From Trueperaceae bacterium (GTDB lineage Bacteria; Deinococcota; Deinococci; Deinococcales; Trueperaceae), in the NCBI GenBank assembly GCA_965215565.1, contig CBDCDZ010000004.1, positions 3,424,001-3,488,000 of the forward strand: DNA of 64,000 nt. The letters run 5' to 3'. A program made the translations under genes and the position numbers. Shown in pieces: positions 49,477 to 60,372 of this stretch; positions within the stretch are counted from its first letter, which is position 1, and the number at the start of each line of letters is the position of its first letter. Under the pieces are notes generated by a model. The model ran no database searches and had not been told where the DNA came from. It was given only the letters and a program-made list of their open reading frames with translations.

Positions 49477-50505
49477 GTGACGAACTCCAACTTCTACACC
49501 TCTCGCCTCGAGCAGCGCCGCGCCATCCTCGCGCCGATGGCGGGCTTTACCGACGCGCCCTTTCGTAAACTTTGCCGGGACTACGGCAGCGCCTGGGCGG
49601 TCACGGAGATGGTCAGCGCCAAGGCGCTCGTGCAGGGCGACATGCAAGGTATCGAGATCGGCAAGCCCTACCCCGGCGAGCCCGACTTGGTGATTCAGGT
49701 CTTCGGCGGCGAGCCTGAAATCGTGGCGGCGGGCGGTCGCATCCTTTTCGACACGTACAAACCTGTTGCGCTAGACATCAACATGGGCTGTCCGGTCAAA
49801 AAGGTGACGGGCAAGTCCTGCGGTTCCAAACTGATGCTAGACCCAGGACGCGCCGCCGACATCGTGCGGCACCTCGCCGCCGCCGTCCCCGTTCCGGTAA
49901 GCGCCAAGATGCGCTTGGGGTACGACAAGGTGAACGCGAAAGAGGTCGCGCTCGCCTTGCAAGAGGCGGGCGCGTCCCTCGTCACAGTTCACGGGCGCAC
50001 CGCCGCGCAGAAGTACAGCGGCGAGGCGGATTGGGAGAAGATAGGAGAGGTAGCGGGAGGGTTGCGCATCCCCGTCGTCGGCTCAGGCGACGTGCAGAGT
50101 AGAGCGCAAGTCGAGCGCTACCAGGCGCAGGGCTTAGGCGTGATGATCGGGCGCGGCGCGTTGGGGCGTCCGTGGATTTTCGCCGAGCTGCGCGGCGCGA
50201 TGTCGCCAAGTTATGAAGAGATGGCGTGCACCGCATACCGTCACGCTGAGATGTTTTGTAATTGGCACGAGAAAGGGTACAAAAAAGAACACGGGAAAGA
50301 ACACAGAAAAGAACACAGAAAAGAACAAGGCGTGGTCCCTTTTCGCGGTCAGCTCATCCGCTACTTCGCGCCTTTTCCGAAAGCAGATGCGCTTCGCAAA
50401 GAGGTCGTCAAGCTCGAGTCCTTAGAGGATTTGGCGACGTTCATCGCTCACTATGTCGGCGTCGAGGTCTTGCGAGAGAGTCAACACGAAGTCGAAGTAG
50501 GGTAG
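49477..50505 (+). CDS. dus: tRNA-dihydrouridine synthase
   Basis: LAPMAGFTD, TEMVS, DINMGCP, VHGRT, GSGDV, MIGRGALGRPW. Confidence 0.93.
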   Translation: MTNSNFYTSRLEQRRAILAPMAGFTDAPFRKLCRDYGSAWAVTEMVSAKALVQGDMQGIEIGKPYPGEPDLVIQVFGGEPEIVAAGGRILFDTYKPVALDINMGCPVKKVTGKSCGSKLMLDPGRAADIVRHLAAAVPVPVSAKMRLGYDKVNAKEVALALQEAGASLVTVHGRTAAQKYSGEADWEKIGEVAGGLRIPVVGSGDVQSRAQVERYQAQGLGVMIGRGALGRPWIFAELRGAMSPSYEEMACTAYRHAEMFCNWHEKGYKKEHGKEHRKEHRKEQGVVPFRGQLIRYFAPFPKADALRKEVVKLESLEDLATFIAHYVGVEVLRESQHEVEVG

Positions 50506-50665
50506 CTCGCCGCCGTCTAACATTCGAGAGCAAACGTCAAAAATTTCACATGTAGAAAGAAACCCTACCCCTGTTGACTTCGGCGCGCGAACACATGACT
50601 TGATAGATGCGCCGAACGGCGTTTTCCTACTCGAGCCGTAAGCGAACGAACCGCTATCTACTCGG

Positions 50666-50695
50666 TTGACCTCCCGCGCCGCGCACTGCTATGAT
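50666..50695 (+). promoter_or_regulatory. Promoter of tRNA-Leu
   Basis: TTGACC-18 bp-TATGAT with extended -10 TG. Confidence 0.6.
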
Positions 50696-50724
50696 AGCTT
50701 GCTGAGTCGGAGGAATGGTTGCGT

Positions 50725-50806
50725 GCCGGGATGGCGGAATTGGTAGACGCAGTAGACTCAAAATCTACCGGGTAAAACCGTGCGGGTTCGAGTCCCGCTT
50801 CCGGCA
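50725..50806 (+). tRNA. tRNA-Leu (anticodon CAA), CCA not encoded
   Basis: Acceptor GCCGGGA/TTCCGGC-A, D arm GGCGGAATTGGTAGACGC, anticodon arm GTAGA-CTCAAAA-TCTAC, long variable arm, GGTTCGAGTCCC. Confidence 0.97.
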
Positions 50807-50808
50807 TA

Positions 50809-50890
50809 CAGCAGGTATCATCTGGTCACAAACGCCCTCAGCGGATAAAGCATGACCTAGCAACCACATTCCTAAGATGATTCCTGCGTG
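50809..50890 (+). mobile_element. MITE family A copy immediately 3' of the tRNA
   Basis: TA|CAGCAGGTATCATCTGG...GATGATTCCTGC; right end degenerate. Confidence 0.75.
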
Positions 50891-51015
50891 ACTCAATACA
50901 AGTAGTCGAGAAAGTAAGTGGTTGAAAAACGTCTTCTAAGACTCAACCACCACATTCATTAATAGAATTCCTGTCGCTACCGAAAGCTCGAGCGACGCTG
51001 TGGAGGAACGTTTAA

Positions 51016-51258
51016 GTGTTTATCATATTCTGGTTAGTGTTCATTCTTTTTATCTTAGCGTCAGTCGGTCTGACCTTTATCATCTTGCTGCAAGAGCCCA
51101 AACAGGGCGGTCTCGGCGAAGGCTTAGGCGGCGGCGGTGGCGAAGGTTTGGGCAGCACCACAGGCGGCACGGCGGGCGGCTTGCACCGCCTCACCATCTG
51201 GTTGGGCGTCGTTTGGGGTCTCCTCGCGCTCGCGCTTGCGGTGATTCCGAGAGCCTAA
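51016..51258 (+). CDS. secG: Preprotein translocase subunit SecG
   Basis: TM-ILLQEPKQGGLG-Gly-rich loop-LHRLT-TM; adjacent to tRNA-Leu. Confidence 0.92.
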   Translation: MFIIFWLVFILFILASVGLTFIILLQEPKQGGLGEGLGGGGGEGLGSTTGGTAGGLHRLTIWLGVVWGLLALALAVIPRA

Positions 51259-51281
51259 CTAGATAAAGTTAAAAATCTCAC

Positions 51282-51311
51282 AGACCCGCTCGAAAACGAG
51301 CGGGTCTTTTC
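51282..51311 (+). terminator. Intrinsic terminator after secG
   Basis: agacccgctcg-aaaa-cgagcgggtctttt. Confidence 0.85.
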
Positions 51312-51775
51312 CATTTTGTGCCGCTACAGCGCGACATGTGTTAGGATTTGCGCACGCACAGTGCAGAATCTTCGCAAAACGGATGAAATGACCTTAATCC
51401 GACCTAACGTCCTCTCATGGGAAAAGCGCCTAGAGTACACCTACGCTGCCGGAGGCGCTCGAGTCCCACGAGGATTCACAGCGTCACAAATGAAAACAAC
51501 ACCTGATCGGTTTGGAAAAAACGCTTTGCAAGCTTTCGCCAAAAAATGTGTAGAGTGTTACGAAAAAACTTTTCGAACGGCAGCCTGTGAAAAATTGACG
51601 CTTGTAGGTGTGAGTGATAGATTAGACGGTATAGAAGGAGGCGCTACAGAAGACAAGAAAAACGTAGTGTAGTACACCTTGATTTTCCGTGACTTTTCGA
51701 GTTAGCCTACTTTTAGCGACACAATTCGCTCCGGGGACAATTTCCAACGTTGCTCCCTACTTCTTGGAGGTTTAC

Positions 51776-53569
51776 ATGAAGAAAATCCTCTTGACCCTTG
51801 CCCTATTTTCACTCGGGGCACTCGCCTTCGCGCAGCCTTACCAGTGGCCTGAAAATTACGCGCCCGAAGCGCCGCAGGGTGGCGCGATCGAAGAGACCGT
51901 CTTTGGCGACTTCTTGACGCTCAATCCGGTGCTTAGCTCTTCAGCTACTGAGACCGCCATCCTCGGCATGATCTCCGGTCCCGCACTCATCTACCGCGAC
52001 TGGCTTGGCAACCGCTCCTTCCGCGATGAAGAGGGTAACTTTAACCTCCTGTTTGCTAGCGACATCGAAGAGGTGCGCACCGAGCAGGAGTTCGTCATCA
52101 CGCTCCGCGAAGGCTGGACCTGGTCAGACGGCACGGAGATTACCGCCGACGACTTCATGGCAGCGCGCACCATTAAAGGTGACCCTGACGTGCAGTCCAA
52201 CGATTACTCCTCTACTGAAGTAGGCGAAGACGGGCGCGTCGAGTACGAAAAACTCGGCACGTACCAGTTCCGCGTAACCCTACCCGAGCCGCAGGTGAAC
52301 GCGATGGGCTTTAACGTCGGCATTATCGGCGCGGTGCCCGCCCATATCTATATGCCCATTTACGAAGAGAGTGGTGCCGAGGGCATCCGTGCGCTCTGGG
52401 GTGTAGACACGCCTGTTGACGAGATCGTTTCGGGTGGACCCTATACCGTCGCTGAATTTCGCCCCGGTGAGCGCATCGTCTTGGAGAAAAACCCCTCGTA
52501 CGGCGAAGATGTCATGGCGGCGAACGGCGACCCGCTCCCCGGACCCGACCGCTGGACCGTCACCTTCACCGAAGACCGCAACGCCCAGCTCGCGCTCGTG
52601 ACCACCGGTCAAGCGAACTTCTACTGGCCCACTACCTTGGATGAGGTTCGCGCCGTGCAGCAAGCGGTAGAAAACGGCTCGATCAACGGTGAGCTGTTCG
52701 CCAACATCGGTCCCGACACGCTCGTGGACTTCATCACCTATAACTTCAATACGACGAACGAATGTAAGAGCACGCTCTTCCGCTCGCCCGACTTCCGCCA
52801 AGCCATCTCGATCATGATCGACCGCGACGCGCTCGTGGACGCGGCGCTAGGCGGTCTCGGCTTTCCTGCAAAAGACTACCAGAGCGAAGCGGCTGAGCCT
52901 TTTAACGCGCCGAACTTAGACCCCTTCGAATTCAACCCTGAGCGTGGCGTCGAGATTCTCAACTCGCTCGGCTACACTGAAGAGGGACCTGACGGCGTGT
53001 TGCGCAACCCCGAAACGGGCTGCCGCGTCGCCTTTGACCTCCAGTTCAACTCGGGCAACAACCGCCGCGCGCAAGAGGCGCAGGTGATCGCGCAGACGCT
53101 CGCCCCTTACGGCGTCGCCGTGAACCCCCGCGAAGTCTCCACTGAAATCTGGTCTAACTCCATCGTCGGTACGGAAGGTTTACCCCGCGAGGTGGACTAC
53201 GACGCGCAGATTTGGGGCTTAGCGGGCGGCGACCTGGATAACCCCTCTTCAGTGAACGTGCTGGGTCTCGGCGTCAACCTCAACTCTTGGAACAAGAGCA
53301 CCACCGACGTCAAGCCTTGGGAGATCACGATGGACCGCCTCAGCCGCCGCATGGACGCGACGCTCGATATCGATGAGCGCGTCGAGGTTTACAACCAACG
53401 TGCCGCGCTCATGCGCGAGTACCTCCCGATGACCCCGCTCATCAGCCCTGCGTTTCACCTCTACGAAAACATGAGCAACGTTTGGCCTGAAGAGGCGCTC
53501 GACTCCAACAGCGTCGAATCGCCCTACCGCCCTGGTGGGTTTAGGTCAACCCTCGCAACGCCGCAGTAA
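51776..53569 (+). CDS. Peptide/nickel ABC transporter substrate-binding protein (family 5)
   Basis: Signal peptide ending AFA, LREGWTWSDGTEITADD, SGGPY, FRQAIS..IDR; SD GGAGG. Confidence 0.93.
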   Translation: MKKILLTLALFSLGALAFAQPYQWPENYAPEAPQGGAIEETVFGDFLTLNPVLSSSATETAILGMISGPALIYRDWLGNRSFRDEEGNFNLLFASDIEEVRTEQEFVITLREGWTWSDGTEITADDFMAARTIKGDPDVQSNDYSSTEVGEDGRVEYEKLGTYQFRVTLPEPQVNAMGFNVGIIGAVPAHIYMPIYEESGAEGIRALWGVDTPVDEIVSGGPYTVAEFRPGERIVLEKNPSYGEDVMAANGDPLPGPDRWTVTFTEDRNAQLALVTTGQANFYWPTTLDEVRAVQQAVENGSINGELFANIGPDTLVDFITYNFNTTNECKSTLFRSPDFRQAISIMIDRDALVDAALGGLGFPAKDYQSEAAEPFNAPNLDPFEFNPERGVEILNSLGYTEEGPDGVLRNPETGCRVAFDLQFNSGNNRRAQEAQVIAQTLAPYGVAVNPREVSTEIWSNSIVGTEGLPREVDYDAQIWGLAGGDLDNPSSVNVLGLGVNLNSWNKSTTDVKPWEITMDRLSRRMDATLDIDERVEVYNQRAALMREYLPMTPLISPAFHLYENMSNVWPEEALDSNSVESPYRPGGFRSTLATPQ

Positions 53570-53741
53570 CGCAACGGTGCTGCTGTAAAGAATTCAGGTA
53601 GAGCCTTGAACTAAGGCTCTACCTTACCCTCTTCGTCAATCTTTTAACACCCTATTTAGAGAGCCGAACACACTATCTAATCAGTAGCAAACTAATCAGT
53701 AGCAAAACGCTCATTCCAAAATCCAAAGCTGGAGAAGCCCG

Positions 53742-54722
53742 TTGATTCCATACATCATCCGACGAATCCTCAACCTCATCCCCACCTTTTTCGTGGCGAC
53801 GTTTTTAGCGTGGTGCGTCATCGAGCTTGCGCCCGGCGATTTCGCGAGCCAATTTGCCTTTGACCAGGTTGACGTGAATAAAGCAGAGCGCATCCGCGAG
53901 TCGCTAGGGCTCGACGATCCCTGGTACGTCCGCTACCTCTACTGGCTCCGCAACGTCGTCACCGGCTTGGACTTCGGCACGAGCATGACCACCAAAGGCG
54001 ACGTGAGCAACCTCATCTGGCCGCGCATGGTGAATAGCTTGTGGCTGCTCCTGCCCGCCACGGTGCTCACCTACCTCGTGGCGATTCCTATCGGCGTCTA
54101 CTCCGCGCTGCGCAAGTATTCTATCGGCGACAGAATTTTAACGGTCTTTAGCCTCATCGGGTTAGCGGTTCCCAACTTCTTTTTGGCGCTCTTGGTCGTG
54201 GCGTTTGCGGTGCAGTGGTTTCAAAACTTCGACTACCTCTTGATTCCTACGGGTGGGATGACGAGCAGCGTCTACAGCCAGCTTTCGTTCTGGGGTAAGA
54301 CGACAAACTTCTTGTGGCACTTGGTTGCGCCGATGTTGGTGGTGGCGCTCTCGAGTCTCGCCTTTATCACCCGCATCATGCGCGGTGAGATGTTAGAGGT
54401 TATGGGGCAAGACTACATCCGCACGGCGCGTGCGAAGGGGCTCTCGCAGCGCGTGGTGAACTACAAGCACGCGCTCAGAAACGCGATTTTAGTCATCGTC
54501 GCGACGATTGGTGGCATCTTGCCGGGACTCATCAGCGGCGCGGGCACCGTGGAGTACGTGCTCCGCTGGCCCGGCATTACACCCTTATTTATCTCCTCTA
54601 TTTACGCGCAAGACGCCTATGTGGTGATGGCGTTCCTGACGATTTTAGTCGTGCTACTCATGGTGGGCAACCTCGTCTCCGACGTGGCGTTGGCGCTCAT
54701 CGACCCGAGGATACGGTACTGA
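53742..54722 (+). CDS. Peptide ABC permease (OppB/DppB-like)
   Basis: DYIRTARAKGL EAA loop, IDPRIRY. Confidence 0.95.
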   Translation: MIPYIIRRILNLIPTFFVATFLAWCVIELAPGDFASQFAFDQVDVNKAERIRESLGLDDPWYVRYLYWLRNVVTGLDFGTSMTTKGDVSNLIWPRMVNSLWLLLPATVLTYLVAIPIGVYSALRKYSIGDRILTVFSLIGLAVPNFFLALLVVAFAVQWFQNFDYLLIPTGGMTSSVYSQLSFWGKTTNFLWHLVAPMLVVALSSLAFITRIMRGEMLEVMGQDYIRTARAKGLSQRVVNYKHALRNAILVIVATIGGILPGLISGAGTVEYVLRWPGITPLFISSIYAQDAYVVMAFLTILVVLLMVGNLVSDVALALIDPRIRY

Positions 54723-55936
54723 TGGCTGACACCGCCTTTAACCCCGACAAAGAGCGCCCGCAAGAGGGGCAGAAGCCGCCCACCGCGAAGGGGGCGAGCC
54801 TCACCTCCATCGCTTGGGCGCAGTTCCGCAAGCACCCGATGGCGCGCATTGCGCTGACGGTCTTGGGTATTTTCTACTTCTTTGCAGCGTTCGCGGACTT
54901 CATCGCGCCCTATCCCGAGGCATACATCAACCCTCGCTCCACCTTTCAGCCGCCCACCCAAATTCGCTTTACCGACGAAAACGGTTTGACGAGACCCTTC
55001 GTTTACGGACTCGAGAAAGAGCTGGATTTCGACACGCTCGAGACCACCTGGACCGTAGACGAGTCCCAGAAGTACCCCATCGAACTCTTCGTGCGGCGCG
55101 AAGCTGTGCGCGAGCGCTACGTGCCTTTTCCTATCAACCTCATTCCGCAGGGTCTCCGCCAGGACTTGGGCATCCGTCCCTGGGCGACGCTGCACCTCTT
55201 CGGCTTGGTTGACTCTCCGTCCCAAGCGAACCTCTATTTGTGGGGCTCTGACGACTTGGGCGGTGATGTATTCAGTAAGATTCTCTTTGGCGCGCGCATC
55301 AGCTTGACAGTCGGGATTCTCTCCGCCATCGTGACCGTCGCCATCGGCGTATTTTTCGGCGGGCTGGCGGGCTACTTCGGGGGCTGGGTGGACGAGCTTA
55401 TTATGCGTTTTATCGAGGCGCTGGCGGCGATTCCCGACCTCTTCTTGCTCATTGCGCTCTCCGCCATCTTCTACCCGCTCAACTTGCCCTCCTCGACGGT
55501 CTTCTTGCTCATCGTGGTGGTGCTGGCGATGGTGGGCTGGGGCAGTGTGGCGCGCACCGTGCGCGGGCAGATTCTCTCGCTCCGTGAACGCGACTTCGCC
55601 TTCGCCGCGAAGTCTCTAGGCGCGAGCAACGCCCGCATCATCGGGCTCCACATGCTGCCGCACACGCTAAGTTACCTCATCGTCTACATGAGCTTGATCA
55701 TCCCCTCGTTCATTATCGTCGAGTCGGTCTTGAGCTTTTTCGGGTTAGGTATCCAGCCGCCCTCGACGAGTTGGGGGCTCATGCTCAACACGGCGCAACG
55801 CTTCGTCGGCGTGACCGGGCTCACCGACCGCTGGTGGATTTTCTTGCCCGGCGTGTTCATCTTCATCTCGGTCTTAGCCTGGAACCTCTTGGGCGACGGG
55901 TTGCGCGACGCCTTTGATCCTAAAAGCCGGCAGTGA
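54722..55936 (+). CDS. Peptide ABC permease (OppC/DppC-like)
   Basis: GARISL, AAKSLGAS, LLGDGLRDAFDP. Confidence 0.95.
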   Translation: MADTAFNPDKERPQEGQKPPTAKGASLTSIAWAQFRKHPMARIALTVLGIFYFFAAFADFIAPYPEAYINPRSTFQPPTQIRFTDENGLTRPFVYGLEKELDFDTLETTWTVDESQKYPIELFVRREAVRERYVPFPINLIPQGLRQDLGIRPWATLHLFGLVDSPSQANLYLWGSDDLGGDVFSKILFGARISLTVGILSAIVTVAIGVFFGGLAGYFGGWVDELIMRFIEALAAIPDLFLLIALSAIFYPLNLPSSTVFLLIVVVLAMVGWGSVARTVRGQILSLRERDFAFAAKSLGASNARIIGLHMLPHTLSYLIVYMSLIIPSFIIVESVLSFFGLGIQPPSTSWGLMLNTAQRFVGVTGLTDRWWIFLPGVFIFISVLAWNLLGDGLRDAFDPKSRQ

Positions 55937-56103
55937 GCGGGGCTGCTTTGGGAGGGTCTCGAGTACTCGTCAAGCCGCTCGAATCTGGTGCTAGCGACGT
56001 GGACCGTTGCCGAACCGAAGTGTTTTTATGGTGCTCGAGTGAAAAAGCTTACAATTAGTTAGGTTGAACGGATATGATAAGCAGATGACAAGGAGCATAT
56101 ACT

Positions 56104-57114
56104 ATGGCTGACTCCGAGAAGCTCTTAGAGGTCAACAACCTCAAAACCTATTTCGACACGGATGACGGCACGGTCAAAGCCGTAGACGGCGTGAGCTTTC
56201 ATATCGACCGGGGCGAAACTCTGGCGGTGGTGGGTGAGTCGGGCTCGGGCAAGTCGGTCACGAGCTTATCCATCATGCGCCTCATCGCCCAGCCTCCCGG
56301 ACGCATCGCGGAGGGTGAAATCCTCTTCGAAGGCGAGGATTTGGTCAAGAAAAGCGAAGCGCAGATGCGCAAAATTCGCGGCAACGACATCTCGATGATC
56401 TTTCAAGAGCCGATGACGAGCCTCAACCCGGTCTACACGGTGGGCGACCAAATCGCCGAAGCCATCGTGCTGCACCAGAACAAAAAACGCCGCCAGGCGA
56501 TGAAGCTCGCTACTGAGATGCTCGACTTAGTGGGCATTCCCGAGCCGGGCAAGCGCGTTCACGAGTACCCGCACCAGATGTCGGGCGGGATGCGCCAGCG
56601 GGTGATGATTGCGATGGCGCTCTCGTGCGGTCCTAAGCTCCTCGTCGCGGACGAGCCCACCACGGCGCTCGACGTGACCATCCAGGCGCAAATTCTGGAC
56701 CTGATGCGCAAATTACAAAAAGAGATCGGTATGAGCATCCTCTTCATCACGCACGATTTGGGTGTCGTGGCAGAAATTGCGGACCGTGTGGTCGTCATGT
56801 ACGCAGGGCGCGCGGTGGAGGAGGCAGATGTCGAGACGATCTACGCCGAGCCGCAGATGCCCTACACGCTGGGACTTCTCAACTCGATTCCCCGCGTGGA
56901 TAAAGCGGCGGAGGAGCAAGAGCGGCTCCAAGCTATTCCCGGCAACGTTCCGAACCCCCTATACCTGCCGGCGGGCTGCTCCTTTCACCCGCGCTGCCGC
57001 TTCGCCATCGACGAATGTAAAGAAGCGGTTCCGCCCCTGGAAAATACGGGCGGCGGTCATATGGTGCGCTGCATCCGCTGGAATGACCTGACCTTGGAGG
57101 AGAAAGTAGCATGA
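56104..57114 (+). CDS. Peptide ABC ATPase (OppD-like)
   Basis: [28 protein letters not shown]. Confidence 0.95.
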   Translation: MADSEKLLEVNNLKTYFDTDDGTVKAVDGVSFHIDRGETLAVVGESGSGKSVTSLSIMRLIAQPPGRIAEGEILFEGEDLVKKSEAQMRKIRGNDISMIFQEPMTSLNPVYTVGDQIAEAIVLHQNKKRRQAMKLATEMLDLVGIPEPGKRVHEYPHQMSGGMRQRVMIAMALSCGPKLLVADEPTTALDVTIQAQILDLMRKLQKEIGMSILFITHDLGVVAEIADRVVVMYAGRAVEEADVETIYAEPQMPYTLGLLNSIPRVDKAAEEQERLQAIPGNVPNPLYLPAGCSFHPRCRFAIDECKEAVPPLENTGGGHMVRCIRWNDLTLEEKVA

Positions 57115-58154
57115 CGGTCAAAGCCTACGACACCGGGTCCCAGGAGCAGTCACAAACTAGCAAGCGCAAAGGCTCAAAGGGCGAGTACCTCTTAGAGGTC
57201 AAAGGGCTCAAAAAGTACTTCCCGATTCGGGGCGGGGTGTTCTCGCGCGTTGTCGCCAATGTTAAAGCGGTCGAGAACGTCAGCTTGAACATCAGAGCGG
57301 GCGAAGTCGTCGGACTCGTCGGCGAGTCGGGCTCGGGCAAGACGACAGCGGGGCGCACGATCTTGCGTCTCTTAGAGCCTACAGACGGCGAAATTCTCTT
57401 CGACGGCGTGGACGTCGCCAAGCTCTCGCGCTCCGAGATGCGCGAGTACCGCAAAGAGATGCAAATTATCTTTCAGGACCCCTTCGCCAGCCTGAACCCG
57501 CGCATGACCGTCGCGGACATCATCGGCGAAGCCCTGACGATTCACAATTTGGCTAAGGGCAAAGCGAAAGAGGAGCGCGTCGCCGACCTCTTGGAGCGCA
57601 CCGGGCTCTCGTCGGCGCACATGCGGCGCTACCCGCACGAGTTCTCGGGTGGGCAGCGGCAGCGCATCGGCATCGCGCGCGCGCTCGCCGTAGACCCGCA
57701 GTTCATCGTCGCGGACGAGCCCGTCTCGGCGCTCGACGTGTCGATTCAAGCGCAGGTTGTGAACTTGCTCCAAGACCTCAAAGAAGAACTCGGCTTGACG
57801 CTGCTCTTTATCGCCCACGACTTGGGCGTCGTCGAGTACATCTGCGACACAGTCGTGGTGATGTATCTGGGCAAGGTTATGGAGATCGCGCCCTCGAAAG
57901 ACCTCTACTCGAACCCCGTCCACCCCTACACCGAAGCGCTGCTGTCTGCCGTGCCGATTCCTGACCCGACGGTCAAGCGCGAGCGCGTCATCTTGCAAGG
58001 CGACATCCCCAGCCCCATCAACCCGCCTTCGGGTTGTGTGTTCCGTACCCGTTGCCCCATCGCGATTGAAGAGTGCGCCAAGGTGGACCCGCCTTTAGAA
58101 GAGGTCAGTCCGGGGCATTTCAAGGCGTGTATACGGCGTCCCGGTCCGGTTTGA
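57111..58154 (+). CDS. Peptide ABC ATPase (OppF-like)
   Basis: [31 protein letters not shown]. Confidence 0.95.
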   Translation: MTVKAYDTGSQEQSQTSKRKGSKGEYLLEVKGLKKYFPIRGGVFSRVVANVKAVENVSLNIRAGEVVGLVGESGSGKTTAGRTILRLLEPTDGEILFDGVDVAKLSRSEMREYRKEMQIIFQDPFASLNPRMTVADIIGEALTIHNLAKGKAKEERVADLLERTGLSSAHMRRYPHEFSGGQRQRIGIARALAVDPQFIVADEPVSALDVSIQAQVVNLLQDLKEELGLTLLFIAHDLGVVEYICDTVVVMYLGKVMEIAPSKDLYSNPVHPYTEALLSAVPIPDPTVKRERVILQGDIPSPINPPSGCVFRTRCPIAIEECAKVDPPLEEVSPGHFKACIRRPGPV

Positions 58155-58242
58155 TTTTGCAGAGCAGTGTAGGGGCACTACGTACGTTGCTGTATAAATC
58201 GCCCCTACATGTGACGGAATGATCCGTGCTGCGTGAACGCCG

Positions 58243-59247
58243 ATGACCTCTTCGAATATGCAAGACGCGCTGGGCGAGCGCATCCTCTCTCACCTGCCTA
58301 CAAATCACCCTAAAGCTGAACTCGAGGCCTTCTACACCCTCATCCGCAACTACCCCGAACGGGGTGGGAAGCACCTTCGGGGCCAACTCGTGCTGCGCTC
58401 CATTTCGGCGCACGGCGGAGCGTGGCGAAGAGGTCTGGACGTCGCGGCGGCGTTGGAGCTATTCCAAAACTGGGTGCTGATTCACGACGACATCGAGGAC
58501 GACTCTGAGGACAGGCGCGGCGCGCCCGCGCTGCACCGCGCGGTAGGGATGCCCGTCGCGCTCAACGTCGGGGACGCGCTGCACGTCTACATGTGGCGGG
58601 CGCTGCATCACTTGGACGACTTCTCTCAGCAGGTGCAGCGGCTTATATTTCGCGAGTTCGAGTGGATGATTTCGCGTACGGCGGAGGGGCAGCACTTGGA
58701 CCTCAGTTGGGTGGCTGAGGGCACGTTCGACATCTCCGAGACGGATTACTTGGAGATGGTCACGCTCAAAACGGCGTACTACACGGTCGTGTGTCCCTTG
58801 CGGCTCGGGGCGCTCTGCGCTGAAGTGGAGCCGGACGTGCGGTTCGTCGAAGCGGGTATTCATTTAGGCGTCGCCTTTCAAATCCGCGACGACATCTTGA
58901 ACCTCATGCCCGAGATTTCTTACGGCAAAGAGTTCGCGGGCGACCTCTTCGAAGCCAAGCGCACGCTCGTGTTGGCGCACCTCTTCGCCCACGCCACGCA
59001 AGGTGAGCGAGAAGAGGTCTATGCGCGGTTGGCGAAGCCGAGGGGTGACAAGACGGAAGAGGACATCGGGCGTGTTTTAGGTCTTGTCGAACACTACGGC
59101 TCGTTGGCTTACGCGCAAGAGGTCGCCGAGGCGAGAGCGGCGCAGGGATTGTCCCTTTTAGGTGAAAGTTTTGCCGACTTACCGAATCAGGATGAAGCGC
59201 AGCGAATTTTGGAGTTGTTGAGTTCTTTAGCGAACCGGAAGACATAG
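58243..59247 (+). CDS. Polyprenyl (GGPP-type) synthetase
   Basis: GGKHLR, LIHDDIED..RRG, GQHLD, AFQIRDD. Confidence 0.93.
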   Translation: MTSSNMQDALGERILSHLPTNHPKAELEAFYTLIRNYPERGGKHLRGQLVLRSISAHGGAWRRGLDVAAALELFQNWVLIHDDIEDDSEDRRGAPALHRAVGMPVALNVGDALHVYMWRALHHLDDFSQQVQRLIFREFEWMISRTAEGQHLDLSWVAEGTFDISETDYLEMVTLKTAYYTVVCPLRLGALCAEVEPDVRFVEAGIHLGVAFQIRDDILNLMPEISYGKEFAGDLFEAKRTLVLAHLFAHATQGEREEVYARLAKPRGDKTEEDIGRVLGLVEHYGSLAYAQEVAEARAAQGLSLLGESFADLPNQDEAQRILELLSSLANRKT

Positions 59248-59488
59248 CGAGCAAGAGGTCTGTTACGAGAAGTTGGTAGTGGCTCTGTCTAGAATGACAC
59301 GAATGTCAGAGCAAGGGGTTTCAACCCCTTGCTTCATCGTCCAGATATGGTGGAAGGCGTGCATAACAGCGTTCGACTTAGAACCGCTACTTCGCGCGGT
59401 TCTTGCACGAAACGTGGTACACCGCCAAAACGAACGAGAGGTGGCAAAAACCACGCTGTAGGTGTCGGGGACGCTTTAGGCTCGAGTC

Positions 59489-60100
59489 ATGCTCCGTGTG
59501 CCCAACCTCTTCTACAGCCTGAGCCGCTGCCCGGTCTGCCGGACGCGGCCGAGCAGCGCTAAGGGATGTTGCGCGGTCTGCGCGGCGGCGCTGTTCGCGC
59601 CCCACATAGAGGGCTTCGAGCTTGCGCTAGGAAGCTATGAGGGGCGGCTGGAGCGAGCCGTCAGAGCCTTTAAGTTTCACGGTGTGACGCGCTTGGGTGT
59701 GACCTTCGGTGAAGAGATCGCGTCTGTCATACGCGGCGGCGCTTGGTCTCTAGACCTCATCTGTCCGACGCCTTTGCATACGCGCCGCCGTTTAGAGCGC
59801 GGCTACAACCAGTCCGCCGTCATCACCCAGACGGTAGCGCGGCGGCTAAAAATTCCTCACCGTCACGCAGTTAGGCGCGTCCGGGCGACGCAGCAGCAAG
59901 CGCGTTTGGGCGGCAGCGAGCGGCAGAAGAACGTCGCGGGCGCGTTTCGCGCTGAACCCCTAAAGGGCGAGCGGGTTCTCCTCATAGACGACGTGATGAC
60001 GAGCGGCGCGACGCTGACCGAATGCAGCTTGGCGCTACTGGAGGCGGGCGCGAGCGGGGTTTATGTTGCCGTCGTCGCGAGAGCGCCGCGTAGACGCTAA
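59489..60100 (+). CDS. comF: ComF-family phosphoribosyltransferase-like competence protein
   Basis: CPVC..CAVC Zn finger, RGYNQS, LLIDDVMTSGAT. Confidence 0.92.
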   Translation: MLRVPNLFYSLSRCPVCRTRPSSAKGCCAVCAAALFAPHIEGFELALGSYEGRLERAVRAFKFHGVTRLGVTFGEEIASVIRGGAWSLDLICPTPLHTRRRLERGYNQSAVITQTVARRLKIPHRHAVRRVRATQQQARLGGSERQKNVAGAFRAEPLKGERVLLIDDVMTSGATLTECSLALLEAGASGVYVAVVARAPRRR

Positions 60101-60372
60101 ATGAATAATACGAGGTTGCATGACTTTGTTTGCAAAACAAAGTCATGCCCATCTGTGATGGTAAGCTCTAACGCCCTCAGGAAGGATAAGTAATACTAAA
60201 GTGAAGTTTAGATGTCGTACTTTTGACATCTAAACCGCGCGTGAGCGCGTACCCTCAGACGCTCTCAATTTACAACATCCTTGAATCAGGTTAGTATAAG
60301 CTATACGACTCTGTATAAGAGGACGCCCGTAACGACGCCGAGCAGCGCACCCACCACGACCTGCCTCCTTCC

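Noticed and set aside
50725..51000. Prophage or genomic-island attachment site at tRNA-Leu
   Set aside because: No integrase, and no duplicated tRNA 3' end seen in the window
51316..51672. 118-aa ORF between secG and the ABC operon
   Set aside because: No SD, atypical composition and no motif; more likely promoter or 5' leader DNA
60114..60236. Two hairpins after comF as an ncRNA
   Set aside because: They lie between convergent genes and are adequately explained as terminator or REP-like hairpins
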